From contig NC_000909.1 in the NCBI RefSeq assembly GCF_000091665.1, positions 1,514,837-1,546,836 of the forward strand: DNA of 32,000 bases. The letters are read 5' to 3'. The notes beneath the pieces were generated by a model. That model did not search any database, was not told the DNA's origin, and worked only from the letters and a program-made list of their open reading frames with translations. Below are positions 30,130 through 32,000 of the stretch, piece after piece; within the stretch, counting starts at the first letter, position 1; each line of letters starts with the position of its first letter. The translations under genes and the position numbers were made by a program. The stretch is from Methanocaldococcus jannaschii DSM 2661 (lineage in GTDB: Archaea > AGJL01 > Methanococci > Methanococcales > Methanocaldococcaceae).

Positions 30130-30798
30130 ATGCACATACCAGATGGCTACCTTGGCCCAATAACATGTGCTTTCTTCTATTTGATAATGATACCAATTTG
30201 GTATAAGAGTATTAAAGAGCTTAAAAAGTTAGACCCAAGAAAGTTGCCATTGTTGGGAGTTTTAACAGCTTTCTCTTTCTTAGTTATGATGTTCAACCTT
30301 CCAGTTCCAGATGGAACAACAGCTCACATGGTTGGAGGGACATTGATAGCAATATTGATGGATAATCCATGGGTTGCGACGATAGCAATATCTATTGTTT
30401 TAATTATACAGGCAATATTCTTTGGAGATGGGGGAATAACTTGTATTGGAGCAAACTGCTTCAATATGGGTGTTGTGTTACCGTTTGTTGGTTATTATGT
30501 TTATAAATTCTTAAGAGATAAGGTTGGAGAAGTAATTGCAAGTGGTATTGGGGCTTATGTTGGAATTGTTGCAGCAGCAATTGTTGCAGGCTTTGAGTTT
30601 GGATTACAGCCATTTATAGAGCCAGGTTATTGTCCATACCCTTTCACCGTCTCAGTTCCAGCAATGGCATTTGCTCACTTGATAACAGCAGGACCTGCAG
30701 CAGCGGTAGTAACTGCAATAGTTGTTTGGTATGTAAAGAAAGTAAGACCTGATTTATTCACATCAAAAGAACAGCAAGTTAGTGGGGTGAATGCATGA
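30130..30798 (+). CDS. cbiM: ECF-type cobalt/nickel transporter substrate-capture component CbiM/NikM
   Basis: The N-terminus MHIPDGYL is the metal-ligating N-terminus characteristic of CbiM/NikM. The protein is polytopic. GGTGA lies upstream. Confidence 0.85.
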   Translation: MHIPDGYLGPITCAFFYLIMIPIWYKSIKELKKLDPRKLPLLGVLTAFSFLVMMFNLPVPDGTTAHMVGGTLIAILMDNPWVATIAISIVLIIQAIFFGDGGITCIGANCFNMGVVLPFVGYYVYKFLRDKVGEVIASGIGAYVGIVAAAIVAGFEFGLQPFIEPGYCPYPFTVSVPAMAFAHLITAGPAAAVVTAIVVWYVKKVRPDLFTSKEQQVSGVNA

Positions 30799-31142
30799 AT
30801 TGGCAAGACCCCTTAGTTAAAAAGTTTCTCTATTTAATTGTAGCTATGGTAATTCTCTGTCCTCTTGGAATATTGTTAGTTTGGAATTATGGAGATGCGT
30901 GGGGAGAATGGGGACCAGAAGATGTTGCTGAAAAAGTTGGGGAAGATAAAGTTAGCGGATTACTACATTTAGCGGATATTTGGAGCTATGCTCCTCTTCC
31001 AGACTATGATATTCCAGGATGGGATGACCCATTTCATGCATCTATAGGATACATAATATCTGCAATAGTTGGAGTAATACTATGCGTTGGGGCATACTAC
31101 GCACTTATAAAGATTGTAAATCCAAAAGCAGCGGCAGGATAA
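30795..31142 (+). CDS. cbiN: CbiN-like small membrane component
   Basis: The 115-aa protein has two TM helices. Its start overlaps the cbiM stop by 4 nt (ATGA). Its position after cbiM fits the family. Confidence 0.7.
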   Translation: MNWQDPLVKKFLYLIVAMVILCPLGILLVWNYGDAWGEWGPEDVAEKVGEDKVSGLLHLADIWSYAPLPDYDIPGWDDPFHASIGYIISAIVGVILCVGAYYALIKIVNPKAAAG

Positions 31143-31160
31143 TTTTTTTACTTTTTTAAT
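31143..31160 (+). terminator. Oligo-T tract after cbiN
   Basis: TTTTTTTACTTTTTT begins immediately after the stop codon. Confidence 0.4.
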
Positions 31161-31313
31161 TTCTATATTCATCTTCTATTATTTTTGGAGTGATTTTAAT
31201 ATAATAATTTTAAAGATTTTGATAATTTTTATTGAATAATTATAAAAATTGTAATGTAATTATTTTGATTGTTTAAAATATATAATATAAAAAGCAGAAT
31301 TATTCGTGAAAAT

Positions 31314-32000
31314 ATGAACAATAAGTTATTTGATAAAACAATAGAGCATGTAATAAAGTATTTAAATGAGAACATATTTTTTGAAAAATACACAAGAATA
31401 TCAGGGCTTTTACAGAATATAGAAAGTAGGATAAAGATAATATCCTTAGTTATATTTCTTGTTGGAAGTGTTCTATCCAAGCATATTTTAACTTTAATCA
31501 TATTTAACTCAATTGCATTAATTCTTGCATATTTATCTAATATACCCCTATTACAATATTTAAAAAGAGTTTATGTATTTATTCCAATTTTTGCTGGAAT
31601 AATTGCCATTCCAGTAATGTTTAACTTTATGACTCCTGGAAAAGATGTTTTTGTTATTTTAAATAACCCCCACATCTCTATAACTTATGAGGGGCTTATA
31701 TATGCTATAACATTTACTTTGAGAGTAGCAACATGTGTATCATTTGCAGTCCTCATCCCTATAACAACACAATGGAATAAAGTTACCTCTGCCATACATA
31801 AATTAGGAGTTCCTGAGGTTGTTATCACTATAACAAACCTTGCCTATAGGTATATATTTTTACTTTTAAATTTTGTATTGGACATGATGTATTCAAGAAA
31901 ATCAAGAGTCGTTAATAAATTGGGAATGGTGGAGAGTTGGAAAGAGGCAGGAAAAGCCATTGGAGCATTATTTATAAAAACTTATCAAATGGGGGAAGAC
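31314..32000 (+). CDS. cbiQ: ECF transporter T component CbiQ, C-terminus beyond the window
   Basis: This ORF is absent from the ORF track because it has no stop in the window. Hand translation from ATG 31314 (MNNKLFDKTIEHVIKYLNE...LRVATCVSFAVLI...YSRKSRV...) stays open for 229 codons to nt 32000. The hydrophobic pattern is CbiQ-like. Confidence 0.75.
   Translation, partial: MNNKLFDKTIEHVIKYLNENIFFEKYTRISGLLQNIESRIKIISLVIFLVGSVLSKHILTLIIFNSIALILAYLSNIPLLQYLKRVYVFIPIFAGIIAIPVMFNFMTPGKDVFVILNNPHISITYEGLIYAITFTLRVATCVSFAVLIPITTQWNKVTSAIHKLGVPEVVITITNLAYRYIFLLLNFVLDMMYSRKSRVVNKLGMVESWKEAGKAIGALFIKTYQMGED

Noticed and set aside
31229-31501. Minus-strand 90-aa track ORF
   Set aside because: It overlaps the 5' part of the cbiQ reading frame (31314 onward, open to the window end) and the AT-rich spacer. 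No SD or family signal is present.

Overview
This is an AT-rich archaeal chromosomal window. The GGTGAT-type Shine-Dalgarno sites, TATA-like promoters, oligo-T terminators and protein sequences look like Methanocaldococcus. From memory, unverified, the gene order matches M. jannaschii around MJ1537 to MJ1571. I support about 39 protein-coding genes and found no rRNA, tRNA or CRISPR array.

Recognisable housekeeping genes:
- pstK, the deaminase dadD, ilvC, aspS and taw2
- a THEP1-type NTPase and an ACT-domain protein
- the 2H phosphoesterase thpR
- cbiM, cbiN and cbiQ
- the archaeal HMG-CoA synthase, thiolase and DUF35 trio

Accessory or uncharacterised genes lie between them:
- An MNT/HEPN toxin-antitoxin cassette is joined into the HMGCS-thiolase junction by overlapping stop and start codons. 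Its HEPN gene appears frameshifted.
- Three tiny genes and a 132-nt insertion sit between the thiolase and DUF35 genes. The insertion duplicates the 3' end of a CooT-like gene.
- An orphan protein of about 804 aa is an ABC/OLD-like ATPase with degenerate catalytic motifs. It lies 14 nt upstream of dadD.
- An orphan AAA+/DUF4143 ATPase follows ilvC.
- A UPF0201 gene is coupled to a HerA-like ATPase gene.
- A four-gene minus-strand operon runs Trm112-like, ThpR, a 175-aa unknown, then a 447-aa membrane protein of CorA-like layout.
- A wHTH regulator, a half-size RND transporter and a CARDB-repeat surface protein form another operon.

Three real genes are missing from the ORF track: the edge-truncated ORF at 1..877, the 57-aa CooT-like gene and the 50-aa Trm112-like gene. 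Several track ORFs are over-extended at the 5' end because an ATG or GTG lies inside the Shine-Dalgarno sequence. All family assignments come from motif recognition by eye, and no database search was run.
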